Assembly: GCA_964518585.1 (NCBI GenBank)
Contig: CAZFGZ010000004.1
Location: 1 to 34,018, forward strand
Length of the DNA stretch: 34,018 bases
Direction: 5' to 3'
Source: an uncultured Dehalococcoidia bacterium
GTDB lineage: Bacteria; Chloroflexota; Dehalococcoidia; DSTF01; CAZFGZ01
The notes under the pieces are model-generated. The model was not told the DNA's origin. It ran no database searches and saw nothing but the letters and a program-made list of their open reading frames with translations. Positions 24,086 through 32,522 of the stretch are shown piece after piece (the stretch's first letter is position 1; every line of letters starts with the position of its first letter). Both the position numbers and the translations under genes were made by a program.

Positions 24086-24113
24086 ATTCTAGCAGTTGCT
24101 AGGTTCAGCGCAA
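24086..24113 (-). promoter_or_regulatory. Sigma-70-like promoter candidate for the alpha2-gamma-beta operon
   Basis: On the minus strand, TTGCGC (24113-24108), a 16-nt spacer, then TAGAAT (24091-24086). This would give a leader of roughly 235 nt before ATG 23845. Called by eye only. Confidence 0.3.
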
Positions 24114-24171
24114 GACAGGGACATGAGAGAACCAGGCGAGCGGCTCGGCAGGCCTGCCGCGGCAGCCAGAT

Positions 24172-24756
24172 CTACTGGCTCGACTCCGGAATGGTGAGCT
24201 GCTGGCCGACGATGAGGTCCGCCGCGTCCTCCAGCCCGTTGGCCTCTACCAGGGCGTCTACGGTGGTGCCGAAGCGCTGGGCGATGTCCCAGAGCGTATC
24301 GCCGCTCTCCACCACGTAGGTCTCAGCCCCACCCTGGGCCGGCGTCGCGACCGCCGCCGGAGTCACCGCCACCCCGGCCACGGAGGATACGGGCGTAGAG
24401 ACAGTGACGGGAGAGGTCACCTCCTCGGCCTCCGATTCACCCGAGTCAGTCGTGGGCACCAGCAGGAGGGCCAGCAGCATCGCACCCGCGCCCGCCAGCA
24501 GCAAGGGCAGCCTGGAGCCAGCCAGGGCCGGGCGCGCCGCCATGGGCTGGAGCGGGCCCCGCTGAGCCCGCGTGAATACCGCCACCGCAGCCCCGCCGAC
24601 GAGGAGCAGGCCCACGACCAGATACCACACGCCCGTCCCAGACCACACGAGGCGGAGGAGCAACAGCGTGAGAAAGCCGACGAGGGCCAGCATCGCCAGG
24701 CCCAGCCAGGGGCGCTCCTCGACGCTGGGGCGCTCGGGAGGAGTCCAGGAAGCCAT
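24172..24756 (-). CDS. Membrane protein with C-terminal LysM peptidoglycan-binding domain
   Basis: The C-terminus [29 protein letters not shown]...[10 protein letters not shown] is a canonical LysM domain. There are three hydrophobic segments upstream. The preferred start is ATG 24756 (MASW..., GGAGG 5 nt upstream) rather than the track start at 24807. Confidence 0.75.
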   Translation of the reverse strand: MASWTPPERPSVEERPWLGLAMLALVGFLTLLLLRLVWSGTGVWYLVVGLLLVGGAAVAVFTRAQRGPLQPMAARPALAGSRLPLLLAGAGAMLLALLLVPTTDSGESEAEEVTSPVTVSTPVSSVAGVAVTPAAVATPAQGGAETYVVESGDTLWDIAQRFGTTVDALVEANGLEDAADLIVGQQLTIPESSQ

Positions 24757-24953
24757 ATCGCACCTCCCCATACTGACTGTCTTCACTGCACAAGATACAC
24801 GATCCACAGACGGATCACAATATGTGGGAAATTATGGCGATTATTCTCAGCATCTTGTAGCGCGGCATCGCTTTCCCCGAAGGCGACTCTCTTCCCTCCG
24901 TGCCCCGGGAGCCTGCCGCCCGGTCGCCAGCGCCAGGCCTCTTCCGTAGCCCG

Positions 24954-25730
24954 CTAGCGGCCCGTGAACCTGGGCTGGCGCTTCTCGAGGAAGGCCTGCA
25001 CCCCCTCCGCCACATCCTCGCTCTGGAGGGCGAGGCGCCGCAGGGCCTCGCCCATGCGGAGGGCCTCGGCGAAGGGGAGGTCGAGGCCGCGTATCGCCGC
25101 CTCCTTGGTGCAGCGCAGCGCCAGCGGCCCGTTGCGGCAGAGGCGCTGAGCGAACTTCTCCGCCTCCGCTTTGACCGCGTCGTGCGGGACCACCCGATGC
25201 ACCAGCCCCATCTGGAGCGCCCGCTGCGCGTCGATCCGGTCGCCGGTCAGCAGCAACTCCAGGGCGTTGCCCAGTCCCACCAGCCGGGGCACCCGGATGG
25301 CCCCCACGATCGTGGGCAACGCCAGGGTCACCTCCGGAAAGCCGAAGGTGGCGCGCTCGGACGCGATGCGGAAGTCGCAGGCCGCGATGAAGGTCAGGCC
25401 CTCCCCCAGGCAGTGGCCGTTCACCGCAGCCACGATGGGCTTCCACACCTCCAGCCCCTCCTGGATGTCACCGCCGAACCAGTTTTCCCAGAAGGTGCGC
25501 TGCGCCCTCTCGGCGCGCTGCGCGCCGATCTGGCGCACGTCCTGACCGGCCGAGAACGCCCGGTCGCCAGCGCCGGTGACCACAGCCACCCAGACATCGT
25601 TGTCCTCGCGGAAATCCAGCCATGTCTCTCGCAGTCGCTCGTGCATGGCCAGATTGAAGGCGTTGAGCACCTCCGGGCGGTTCAGGGTGATGTAGGCGAT
25701 GCGCCCCTTCTTCTCATAGATGACGGGCAT
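24954..25730 (-). CDS. Enoyl-CoA hydratase/isomerase (crotonase superfamily)
   Basis: IAYITLNRPEVLNAFN...VVTGAGDRAFSAGQD..., and later AAVNGHCLGEGLTFIAACDFRIA, match the crotonase fold. AAGGGGAG lies upstream of the ATG. Confidence 0.85.
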   Translation of the reverse strand: MPVIYEKKGRIAYITLNRPEVLNAFNLAMHERLRETWLDFREDNDVWVAVVTGAGDRAFSAGQDVRQIGAQRAERAQRTFWENWFGGDIQEGLEVWKPIVAAVNGHCLGEGLTFIAACDFRIASERATFGFPEVTLALPTIVGAIRVPRLVGLGNALELLLTGDRIDAQRALQMGLVHRVVPHDAVKAEAEKFAQRLCRNGPLALRCTKEAAIRGLDLPFAEALRMGEALRRLALQSEDVAEGVQAFLEKRQPRFTGR

Positions 25731-25817
25731 AGCTCCCCTTCTCTCTCGACATGGCGGCTCGGGTTGAAGAGCGTGACGCAGAAGTCAGGTGTTTGCAGCC
25801 GATCGCCGGTCTCCCCA

Positions 25818-25845
25818 TTGACCGGACGGCCTACCTCGATAACAT
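25818..25845 (+). promoter_or_regulatory. Sigma-70-like promoter candidate for the cyclase-family gene
   Basis: TTGACC (25818-25823), a 16-nt spacer, then TAACAT (25840-25845), 53 nt upstream of ATG 25899 in a divergent intergenic region. Called by eye only. Confidence 0.3.
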
Positions 25846-25898
25846 GGACCGTAGCCTTCCACACTCATCGACGCCCGTCAACAGCGAAGGAGACCACC

Positions 25899-26861
25899 AT
25901 GTCAGATCAAGACTTCGAGAATCTGCCCTCCTACGCCGATCTCTCCGACCGTGAGGACGCGCCAAAGGGCACCAACTGGGGGCTGTTCGGGGCCGACGAC
26001 CAGCTCGGCACGGTCAACTTCCTCACCGCCGAGAGGGTACGCGAGGCGGCCGGGCTGGTGCGGCACGGGAGGGTATTCGCTTTGAACCTGCCGCTTCACC
26101 TCCCCAGCCCCGCGCTGTTCAACCGCAAGGGTCTACAGCACCACATCATCCGCTTCGAGGGCGGCGGGGGCCACGATGACTACGTGGACGAGCTCTATCT
26201 CCACGGCTCCACGCACTGGGATGGCCTGACGCACATCGGCAACCCGCGTTACGGCTTCTACAACGGCGTCCGGCCCGATCAGGTGACCGGCGAGGAGGGG
26301 ACACGCAACGGCGTCGAGCACTGGGCACGGCGAGGCATGGTCGGGCGGGGCGTGCTGCTCGACGTGGCGCGGCACATGGAGTCGCAGGGGAAGCCAATCG
26401 ATCCCTGGAGCTCACATGCCATCAAAGTCGACGCGCTCGAGGCCACAGCCCGCGCCAGGGGCGTCGAGGTCAGGCCCGCCGACATCCTCCTCATCCGTAC
26501 GGGCTGGGTGAAGTTCTACCTGGGGGCCGACCGGGCCACGCGCGAGCAGGTCGCCGAGGATCTCAGGTCGCCCGGGCTGGAGGGGAGCACGGAGATGGCG
26601 GGCTGGCTGTGGGACCATCATATCGCCGCGCTGGGAACGGACTGCCCGGCGGTGGAGCCCTGGCCCTGGGACCCGTCGGCTGGCGTGCTGCACGCCCGCG
26701 TGCTCTGCTACCTGGGGATGCCCATCGGCGAGATGTTCGACCTGGAGGCGCTGGCCGAGGACTGCGCCGCGGATGGCACGTACGAGTGCATGTTCACCTC
26801 GGCACCCCTCAACCTGCTGGGCGGGGCGGGCTCCCCACCCAACGCCCTGGCCATCAAGTAG
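25899..26861 (+). CDS. Cyclase-family protein (kynurenine-formamidase-like metal hydrolase fold)
   Basis: The motif HGSTHWDGLTHIG fits the HxGTHxDxPxH-type signature of the putative-cyclase family. The true start is ATG 25899 (GAAGGAGA upstream). The 333 upstream codons of track ORF 24900 are antisense to the crotonase gene and low-complexity. Confidence 0.8.
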   Translation: MSDQDFENLPSYADLSDREDAPKGTNWGLFGADDQLGTVNFLTAERVREAAGLVRHGRVFALNLPLHLPSPALFNRKGLQHHIIRFEGGGGHDDYVDELYLHGSTHWDGLTHIGNPRYGFYNGVRPDQVTGEEGTRNGVEHWARRGMVGRGVLLDVARHMESQGKPIDPWSSHAIKVDALEATARARGVEVRPADILLIRTGWVKFYLGADRATREQVAEDLRSPGLEGSTEMAGWLWDHHIAALGTDCPAVEPWPWDPSAGVLHARVLCYLGMPIGEMFDLEALAEDCAADGTYECMFTSAPLNLLGGAGSPPNALAIK

Positions 26862-26867
26862 GCGGTC

Positions 26868-27578
26868 CTAGTCCAGCACGAGGCGGCGGAAGCTCTCGGC
26901 GAAGGTATGGGGGCTGCCCCGGGCCTCGGCCTTCGACATCTCAGGGATGAAGTCCTCCAGTGGGAACCTGCTGAGCTGGCTCTCGTGCATGCGCAGGGCG
27001 GCGATCTTCTGCTCCAGCACGGGCTCGATATCGACCCAGTGGTTCGGGGAGGAGCTGGCGCCGAGCCAGAGCTCTTTCACCTTGTGGGGCTCCAGGCCCT
27101 CGTCCAGCAGCTCGGGGAAGGTCAGGCGGTCACGCGCAGCGGGGAAGACAGCGTCCACCGCGGCGTCGCCGGTCGCGCGATGGTCCGGGTGGTTGGGGTA
27201 GTTGTCGCTGATGAAGCGCGTGGTGGGATCGAACGTCACCAGCGTCTGGGGTCGGTGGGAGCGGATGACCCTGGTGAGGTCACAGCGGAGCTCGAGTGTG
27301 GGCTGGAGCATGCCGTCCTCGTAGCCGAGGAAGAGCACCTGCTTCACCCCCAGGCTGGCGGCCGCCCGCCGCTGCTCGCCCTCGCGGATGACGACGAGTT
27401 GCTCGCTGGTCATGTCGGGGTCATCAGAGCCCTTGTCACCGTTCGTGACGATGACGTAGGTGACCTCCGTCCCCTCGCGGGCCCATAGAGCGGCCGTGCC
27501 CGCAACCAGGAACTCGGCGTCGTCGGTGTGGGCGACGACGACCATCGCCCTATCGGGTGCGGTCTTCTCGGATACCAT
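26868..27578 (-). CDS. PIG-L/LmbE-family N-acetylglucosaminyl deacetylase
   Basis: VVAHTDDAEF (AHPDD.E-type motif), VTNGDKG and NHPDHRATG are family signatures. The start is ambiguous: GGAGG abuts ATG 27578, and the alternative is ATG 27545. Confidence 0.8.
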   Translation of the reverse strand: MVSEKTAPDRAMVVVAHTDDAEFLVAGTAALWAREGTEVTYVIVTNGDKGSDDPDMTSEQLVVIREGEQRRAAASLGVKQVLFLGYEDGMLQPTLELRCDLTRVIRSHRPQTLVTFDPTTRFISDNYPNHPDHRATGDAAVDAVFPAARDRLTFPELLDEGLEPHKVKELWLGASSSPNHWVDIEPVLEQKIAALRMHESQLSRFPLEDFIPEMSKAEARGSPHTFAESFRRLVLD

Positions 27579-27744
27579 CCTCCGTCCTCTCCAGAGGGCC
27601 AGCCCGAGAGTCTGGAGCGGCGCCCCGCCCTCATCATAGCGGCTGGCCGCCGCCCGTCAACGGCCACGGCCGGCTTCTGGCGCCACGGGCGTCGCCGCGA
27701 TATGCTAGGCACCACGCCCCGATCACGGAGGAGACAGGACTGCC

Positions 27745-28644
27745 ATGCGCCTACTGACCTACGACCGCCAGGACGCCCCCCGGACGGCACTGCTGCTGGG
27801 AGAGCGCGTGTTTGACCTCGCGGACGCCGCAGCGAACCTGGGCGGGGAGCCCCTGCCGGCTGGCATGCTCGCGTTCATCGCCGCGGGCGAGGAGGCGTGG
27901 GCAGAGGCTCAAGACCTGGCCGCGCGTCTGGAGGGAGGCGAGGCTGCGGACCTCGCCCGCCCCCTCGCCGACACGAGGCTGCTGGCACCCCTGCCCCGGC
28001 CCGCCAAGAACATCGTGTGCGTGGGTCTCAACTATGCCGACCACGCGCGGGAGACCGCCCAGCAAGTCTCACCCTACCCGGTGTTCTTCACCAAGCCGCC
28101 CACCACGGTGATCGGGCCCGAAGCGCCCATCCCCTGGCATCCCTCGGTGAGCACCCACATAGACTGGGAGGCGGAGCTGGCGGTGGTGATCGGCTGGCCG
28201 GGGCGAGACATCCCCGAGCAGTCGGCCCTCCAGCACGTCTTCGGCTACACCATCGCCAACGACGTGAGCGCCCGCGACCTTCAGCGCCGCCACGTCCAGT
28301 GGTACAAGGGCAAAAGCCTCGACGGGTTCTGCCCCCTCGGTCCCTGGATCGTTACCAGCGACGAGATCCCGAATCCCCAGGCCCTGAGCATCTGCCTGCG
28401 GGTCAACGGCGAGACGAAGCAGGACTCCAGCACGAGCCAGATGGTCTATACCGTGGCCCGCCTCATCGCCGTCCTCTCCGCGGGCCTCACCCTGGAGGCC
28501 GGCGATATCCTCATCACGGGCACGCCCGCGGGCGTGGGCTTCGTCCGCGAGCCCCCGGAGTACCTGCGCCCCGGGGACCTGGTAGAGGCGGAGATCGAGC
28601 GCATCGGTGTGCTCCGCAACCCAGTGGCGCAGCAAGAGCAATAG
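27745..28644 (+). CDS. Fumarylacetoacetate hydrolase (FAH) family protein
   Basis: NIVCVGLNYADHA, IDWEAELAVVIG, GYTIANDVSARD, KSLDGFCPLGPW and GDILITGTPAGVG are typical FAH-family blocks. Confidence 0.85.
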   Translation: MRLLTYDRQDAPRTALLLGERVFDLADAAANLGGEPLPAGMLAFIAAGEEAWAEAQDLAARLEGGEAADLARPLADTRLLAPLPRPAKNIVCVGLNYADHARETAQQVSPYPVFFTKPPTTVIGPEAPIPWHPSVSTHIDWEAELAVVIGWPGRDIPEQSALQHVFGYTIANDVSARDLQRRHVQWYKGKSLDGFCPLGPWIVTSDEIPNPQALSICLRVNGETKQDSSTSQMVYTVARLIAVLSAGLTLEAGDILITGTPAGVGFVREPPEYLRPGDLVEAEIERIGVLRNPVAQQEQ

Positions 28645-28652
28645 GTGCGGCC

Positions 28653-29765
28653 ATGATCGTGGGCACGGTGCGCGAGACCAAGACAGAGGAGTATCGCGTG
28701 GGCCTCACACCGGAGGGCGTTCACGCCCTCGCTCGGGCCGGGCACCACGTACTGGTGGAAGCCGGGGCAGGCCTGGGCAGCGGCTTCGATGATGAGGCGT
28801 ACCGGGAGGCCGGCGCCGAGGTGGTGCCCTCAGCCGAGCAGGTGTGGGGAAAGGCCGATCTCCTGGTGAAGGTCAAAGAGCCGCAGCCACAGGAGTTCGA
28901 CCGCCTGCGGCCCGGCCTCACCCTTTTCGGCTACCTGCACCTCGCTCCGTTGCCCGAGACCACCCGCGCCCTCCTCGACCGGCTGGTCACCGGCATCGCC
29001 TTCGAAACGGTGCAGCTACCGGAAGGCACCCTCCCTCTACTCGTGCCGATGAGCCAGATCGCCGGCCGCATGGCAACCGAGGTAGGGGCACAGTGGCTGC
29101 GCAAGCCCGGCCCCGGCCGGGGTAAGCTTCTCTCCGGCCTCGCCGGCTCCCTACCGGCCCATGTGGTCATTCTGGGCCCCGGTACGGTAGGCACCAACGC
29201 CTGCGCGGAGGCGATCGCACTGGGCGCGCGAGTGACGATGCTGGGCCGGAACCTGGAACGGATGAGACACCTCGAGGCCACCTGGCACGGCCGCCTCACC
29301 ATCCTTGTCTCAACGCCCGCGGCCATCGCCGAAAGCCTCGAGGACGCGGATCTGCTCGTCGGCGCCATACTGGTGCCGGGCGGCGTCGCCCCCAAGCTGG
29401 TGAACGCGGAGATGGTGCGCAGCATGGGCCCGGGGGCGGTGATAGTGGACGTCTGCATCGACCAGGGGGGCTGTGTGGAGACCTCCAGGCCCACCAGCCA
29501 CGCCGACCCCATCTACGTGGAGGAGGGGGTGGTGCACTACTGCGTGCCCAACATGCCCGGGGCGGTGCCCCGCACCGCGACCACCGCCCTCGCGGCGGCC
29601 ACGCTTCCCTTCGTCCTCAAGCTGGCCGAGCAGGGCCCCGAAGATGCCCTCCGCTCCGACCCGGCGCTGGCCAGTGGCCTCAATACCTATGACGGCCACA
29701 TCGCCTACGGCCACGTGGCCGAGGCGCAGGGCCTGCCGCACACATCCACCGACGAGTTGCTCTGA
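28653..29765 (+). CDS. ald: Alanine dehydrogenase
   Basis: MIVGTVRETKTEEYRVGLTPEGV...GSGFDDEAY..AGAEV...DLLVKVKEP...LFGYLHLA, the NAD fold VVILGPGTVGTNA, and VIVDVCIDQGG are colinear with Ald. The real start is ATG 28653, not the track start at 27897. Confidence 0.9.
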   Translation: MIVGTVRETKTEEYRVGLTPEGVHALARAGHHVLVEAGAGLGSGFDDEAYREAGAEVVPSAEQVWGKADLLVKVKEPQPQEFDRLRPGLTLFGYLHLAPLPETTRALLDRLVTGIAFETVQLPEGTLPLLVPMSQIAGRMATEVGAQWLRKPGPGRGKLLSGLAGSLPAHVVILGPGTVGTNACAEAIALGARVTMLGRNLERMRHLEATWHGRLTILVSTPAAIAESLEDADLLVGAILVPGGVAPKLVNAEMVRSMGPGAVIVDVCIDQGGCVETSRPTSHADPIYVEEGVVHYCVPNMPGAVPRTATTALAAATLPFVLKLAEQGPEDALRSDPALASGLNTYDGHIAYGHVAEAQGLPHTSTDELL

Positions 29766-29776
29766 GCGGGCCGCGG

Positions 29777-30661
29777 CTAGCTGGTGTCGGAGGGTGAGGC
29801 GCCCCCGGCCGTCACGTCTTCCACGAACCTCCGCACCGCCGGCGCGATCAGCTCCGCCGGCAGGTCGGTGTGGGCCGCGCCAGGCAGGGCCAGGAAGGTA
29901 CGGGGGCCCGGGGCTAGCTCGTAGAGGCGGCGGCCCATCCAGAGAGGCACGGCCTCGTCCGCCTCGCCGTGCATTACCAGCACCGGCACCCGCAGGTTGG
30001 GTATCTTCGCCGCCGAATCGTAGCGCGTCAGGGGCAGCCAGGGCATCAGCCGGAACAACATCCTCAGGGCGGGCAACCGTTCCTCCGCCACCTCTCGCAG
30101 CGAGGTGAAGGCTGCCCGCAGGATGAGGCCGCGGCAGGACTCACGCAGGGCGAGCTCTACCGCCACACCCGTCCCCAGGGAGAAGCCATAGAGGATTATC
30201 CGCCCGGGATCCACGTCCGGGCGCGCCTGGAGATGAGCCAGCGCAGCTTCCGCGTCCAGGTAGGTCGCCTGCTCGCTGGGGGCAGGGCTGCCGGGCGCAT
30301 GGCCCCGGTAGTCGAACACGAAGAAGTTGCAGCTTGCGCCCCGCAGGAAGTCCCCGAAGGCCCGCGCCCGCTCCCGGCCCGACCATAAGACCCGCGCGTT
30401 GTACCTGGTGCCGCGCATGAAGAGAATGGTGGCCAGGGGGCTCTGAGCGGGGAAGTACCAGCCGGGGAGGGAGAGACCGTCGGCGGTGCAGAAGGTCACC
30501 TCCTCGCAGGGAAGGCCGGTGCCCGCGGGGCTGGCCGAAGACCACTCGGAGATGCGGTAGAGGTGGCGGCGCAGCAACGCCTCGAAGAGGGCGGTGATGC
30601 CTACCACCGCCCCCGACGCCGCAGCCAGGGGAAGGAGCGCGCTTCTGCGCATAGTCGCCAC
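29777..30661 (-). CDS. Alpha/beta-fold hydrolase with N-terminal hydrophobic anchor/signal
   Basis: The nucleophile elbow is GFSLG. Late acidic/His residues (HGEADEAVP, GAAHTD) fit the fold. The N-terminus RRSALLPLAAASGAVVGITALF is hydrophobic. The start is GTG 30661 or ATG 30652. Confidence 0.75.
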   Translation of the reverse strand: MATMRRSALLPLAAASGAVVGITALFEALLRRHLYRISEWSSASPAGTGLPCEEVTFCTADGLSLPGWYFPAQSPLATILFMRGTRYNARVLWSGRERARAFGDFLRGASCNFFVFDYRGHAPGSPAPSEQATYLDAEAALAHLQARPDVDPGRIILYGFSLGTGVAVELALRESCRGLILRAAFTSLREVAEERLPALRMLFRLMPWLPLTRYDSAAKIPNLRVPVLVMHGEADEAVPLWMGRRLYELAPGPRTFLALPGAAHTDLPAELIAPAVRRFVEDVTAGGASPSDTS

Positions 30662-30712
30662 CTATGCTAGCAGACTCGACCGGCCCCCGGCGAGCCTGCG
30701 CGAGCCGCCGCG

Positions 30713-30721
30713 TGCTATAGT
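30713..30721 (+). promoter_or_regulatory. Extended -10 promoter candidate (TGcTATAGT)
   Basis: TG-n-TATAGT at 30713-30721, in the divergent intergenic region upstream of the 30918 gene. No convincing -35 element. Called by eye only. Confidence 0.25.
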
Positions 30722-30917
30722 GAATCCATCCCGGCATTCCGTGGAGACTGAAGCATGCACTACGCCCACAACTTCAGCGAGCCTTTGCCCGCACGCCGAG
30801 ACGGCTTCCTCAGCGTCCTCTTTAGGGCTGGGCTGCTCGAACCGACCATTAACTCAGATGCTGTGACTGCGTCGACTCGGGGCCACCACTCGCTCCGTCG
30901 AGGGGGTAAGGGCACTG

Positions 30918-31394
30918 GTGTCTGCTGAAGACTTTGAATTCGCTGTGGCGGTGGCGGGGACATCCATAGGGCTGGCAGCTCTCCTGTTGCTCGCCATGGT
31001 GAGCCTCATCAGCACCTGGAAACTGTTCCGCCAGGCAAGGGAGGCCAACGAAGCCGCCACTCGGTCGCATCTGGCAGTGGAGGAGCTGGCCCGACGCCTG
31101 GCCCGCCCCGAGGGGCCGGCGCCGGCTCCTGCGCCGGAGACCCGGGCAGGAGAGGAACTCGCGGAACTGCGACGCCAGGCCGAAGACCTCATGGAACGCC
31201 AGTCCCGCATACAGGAGACGATGCGCAACCTCATCGAGTCGGGCGTGCTGGAGACGGGGGTCCCGGCGGAGTCTTTTGAGAATCTAGAGGAGGCGGTGCG
31301 GCAGTTGGAGAGCACCGTCAGTCAGATGGCCGCCGCCATGGCTAACCTCATGCAGGAAGTGGAGCGACGGGGCAGCACCCCCGGGGCAGGTTAG
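30918..31394 (+). CDS. Hypothetical membrane-anchored coiled-coil protein
   Basis: 158-aa ORF with one N-terminal transmembrane segment (VAVAGTSIGLAALLLLAMVSLI), then heptad-like E/R/L/A-rich sequence. The antisense ORF (30854-31315) is Ser/Arg-rich junk. No family recognised. Confidence 0.5.
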   Translation: MSAEDFEFAVAVAGTSIGLAALLLLAMVSLISTWKLFRQAREANEAATRSHLAVEELARRLARPEGPAPAPAPETRAGEELAELRRQAEDLMERQSRIQETMRNLIESGVLETGVPAESFENLEEAVRQLESTVSQMAAAMANLMQEVERRGSTPGAG

Positions 31395-31395
31395 A

Positions 31396-32475
31396 TTGAC
31401 GCAGCAGGCGAGCAACGAGCAGCAGTTTCGGGACCCGTCGCCGTACAACGACCCTACAGTGCTCGGCGAGGCGCTCCTGAGGCTGCATAGCGCCAAGAGC
31501 GAGGCCTGGCTGGTGGACGCGGCCATGGACGCGGCGGAGCGCAGTCTGGGCGCCCTCCACACCTTCGTCTTCCTCTTCGACTCGTCCGGGTGTCTGGTCG
31601 GGCAGCAGTCGCCCTCGGAGGGCCGCGCCCGCTCGTTGAGTCGCGTTCACAGCGCTCTCGGCCAGCCTCTGGCCAGGCTCAGGCTTGTCCCGACCGATGA
31701 TACGCTCTTCACGCAGTCCCTTCGGGAGCATCACCCTGTCACGACCGAGAGCCTGGCCGAAGCACTGAACCAGGTCATCGACTCCGCGACCTGCCAGCAG
31801 GCACAGCAGCAGCTCGGGATAGCGAGCTGCTGCCTCTCGCCCATCGAGATGTCGGCCGAGCAGCTAGGGGTAGCGCTGTTGCTGTTCGGGAAGGGGCACG
31901 CGCCTATCTCACACATCGGCCTGCTGTGCGAGCACGTGGCCAGAGCGCTCTTGAACCTCCGAGAGCGGGAGGCTGGGCGCCGCCGGGGCGAACTGGACGC
32001 CGTGCGCTGGGTTTCCGACGAGCGCCGTTTCGCGGACGAGTTCGAGCGCGAACTGGGCCGGGCCAACCGCCACCAGCGCCCCCTCTCGATCCTGCTCGTG
32101 CGTGTGGGCAACTTCCAGGAGATGCGCGTCCAGCTCGGCCGCTTCCTGGCGGACCGTCTCCTGCGCAGGATAGGCGCGATTCTCTCCGAGCAGATCCGCG
32201 GCTCCGATTTCCTGGGGGCCTATGGGGAGGACGGCTTCGCTCTCATCATGGCCGAGGCCAATTCAGCGGCCGCGGCCGAGGGCGCCCACCGCCTCATGCC
32301 GATGACCTCGAGCGTGCAGCTCGAGGGCGGCGGAACGCTGACCCCGCTCCTGTTCTACGGCACGGCCACGTTCCCTGAAGACGGGTCTACCGTGGAAGCC
32401 CTGATAGCGGCGGCGGAGGCGAGTCTGCGCCCTCTCTCCTTCGGACGGGCCGAAGCACAAAACGACGTGGCCTAG
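31396..32475 (+). CDS. GAF-like sensor domain plus degenerate GGDEF domain protein
   Basis: The C-terminal domain is colinear with GGDEF (ERRFADEFERELGRANRHQRPLSILLV...FLADRLLRRIG..L......D.LGAYGEDGFALIM). The GG(D/E)EF motif reads GEDGF, and the upstream metal/substrate residues are also replaced. The TTG start sits directly after the upstream stop, so the boundary is uncertain. Confidence 0.7.
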   Translation: MTQQASNEQQFRDPSPYNDPTVLGEALLRLHSAKSEAWLVDAAMDAAERSLGALHTFVFLFDSSGCLVGQQSPSEGRARSLSRVHSALGQPLARLRLVPTDDTLFTQSLREHHPVTTESLAEALNQVIDSATCQQAQQQLGIASCCLSPIEMSAEQLGVALLLFGKGHAPISHIGLLCEHVARALLNLREREAGRRRGELDAVRWVSDERRFADEFERELGRANRHQRPLSILLVRVGNFQEMRVQLGRFLADRLLRRIGAILSEQIRGSDFLGAYGEDGFALIMAEANSAAAAEGAHRLMPMTSSVQLEGGGTLTPLLFYGTATFPEDGSTVEALIAAAEASLRPLSFGRAEAQNDVA

Positions 32476-32522
32476 CACCAAGGCCGGCCACGCCGCTGCC
32501 TTTGTCCTCGCGAATGGGAAGT

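Noticed and set aside
24146-24165. Overlapping GC palindromes (CGGCAGGCCTGCCG and CTGCCGCGGCAG) just after the LysM gene, as a terminator.
   Set aside because: The palindromes leave almost no loop, and no U-tract follows on the minus strand. Support for an intrinsic terminator is weak.
24900-25898. 333-codon extension upstream of the cyclase-family gene (track ORF 24900-26861).
   Set aside because: It is antisense to the crotonase gene and low-complexity. ATG 25899 has a GAAGGAGA RBS and follows a promoter-like element.
27897-28652. 252-codon extension upstream of alanine dehydrogenase (track ORF 27897-29765).
   Set aside because: It overlaps the FAH-family gene in another frame and is Arg/Pro/Gly-rich. 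Ald homology begins exactly at ATG 28653 (MIVGTVRE...).
30755-30928. 57-codon + strand ORF (MHYAHNFSEPLPARRDGF...), below the track cutoff and preceded by GGAGA.
   Set aside because: No recognisable family. It ends overlapping the next gene's start. There is not enough evidence to call a gene, although it could be a leader peptide.
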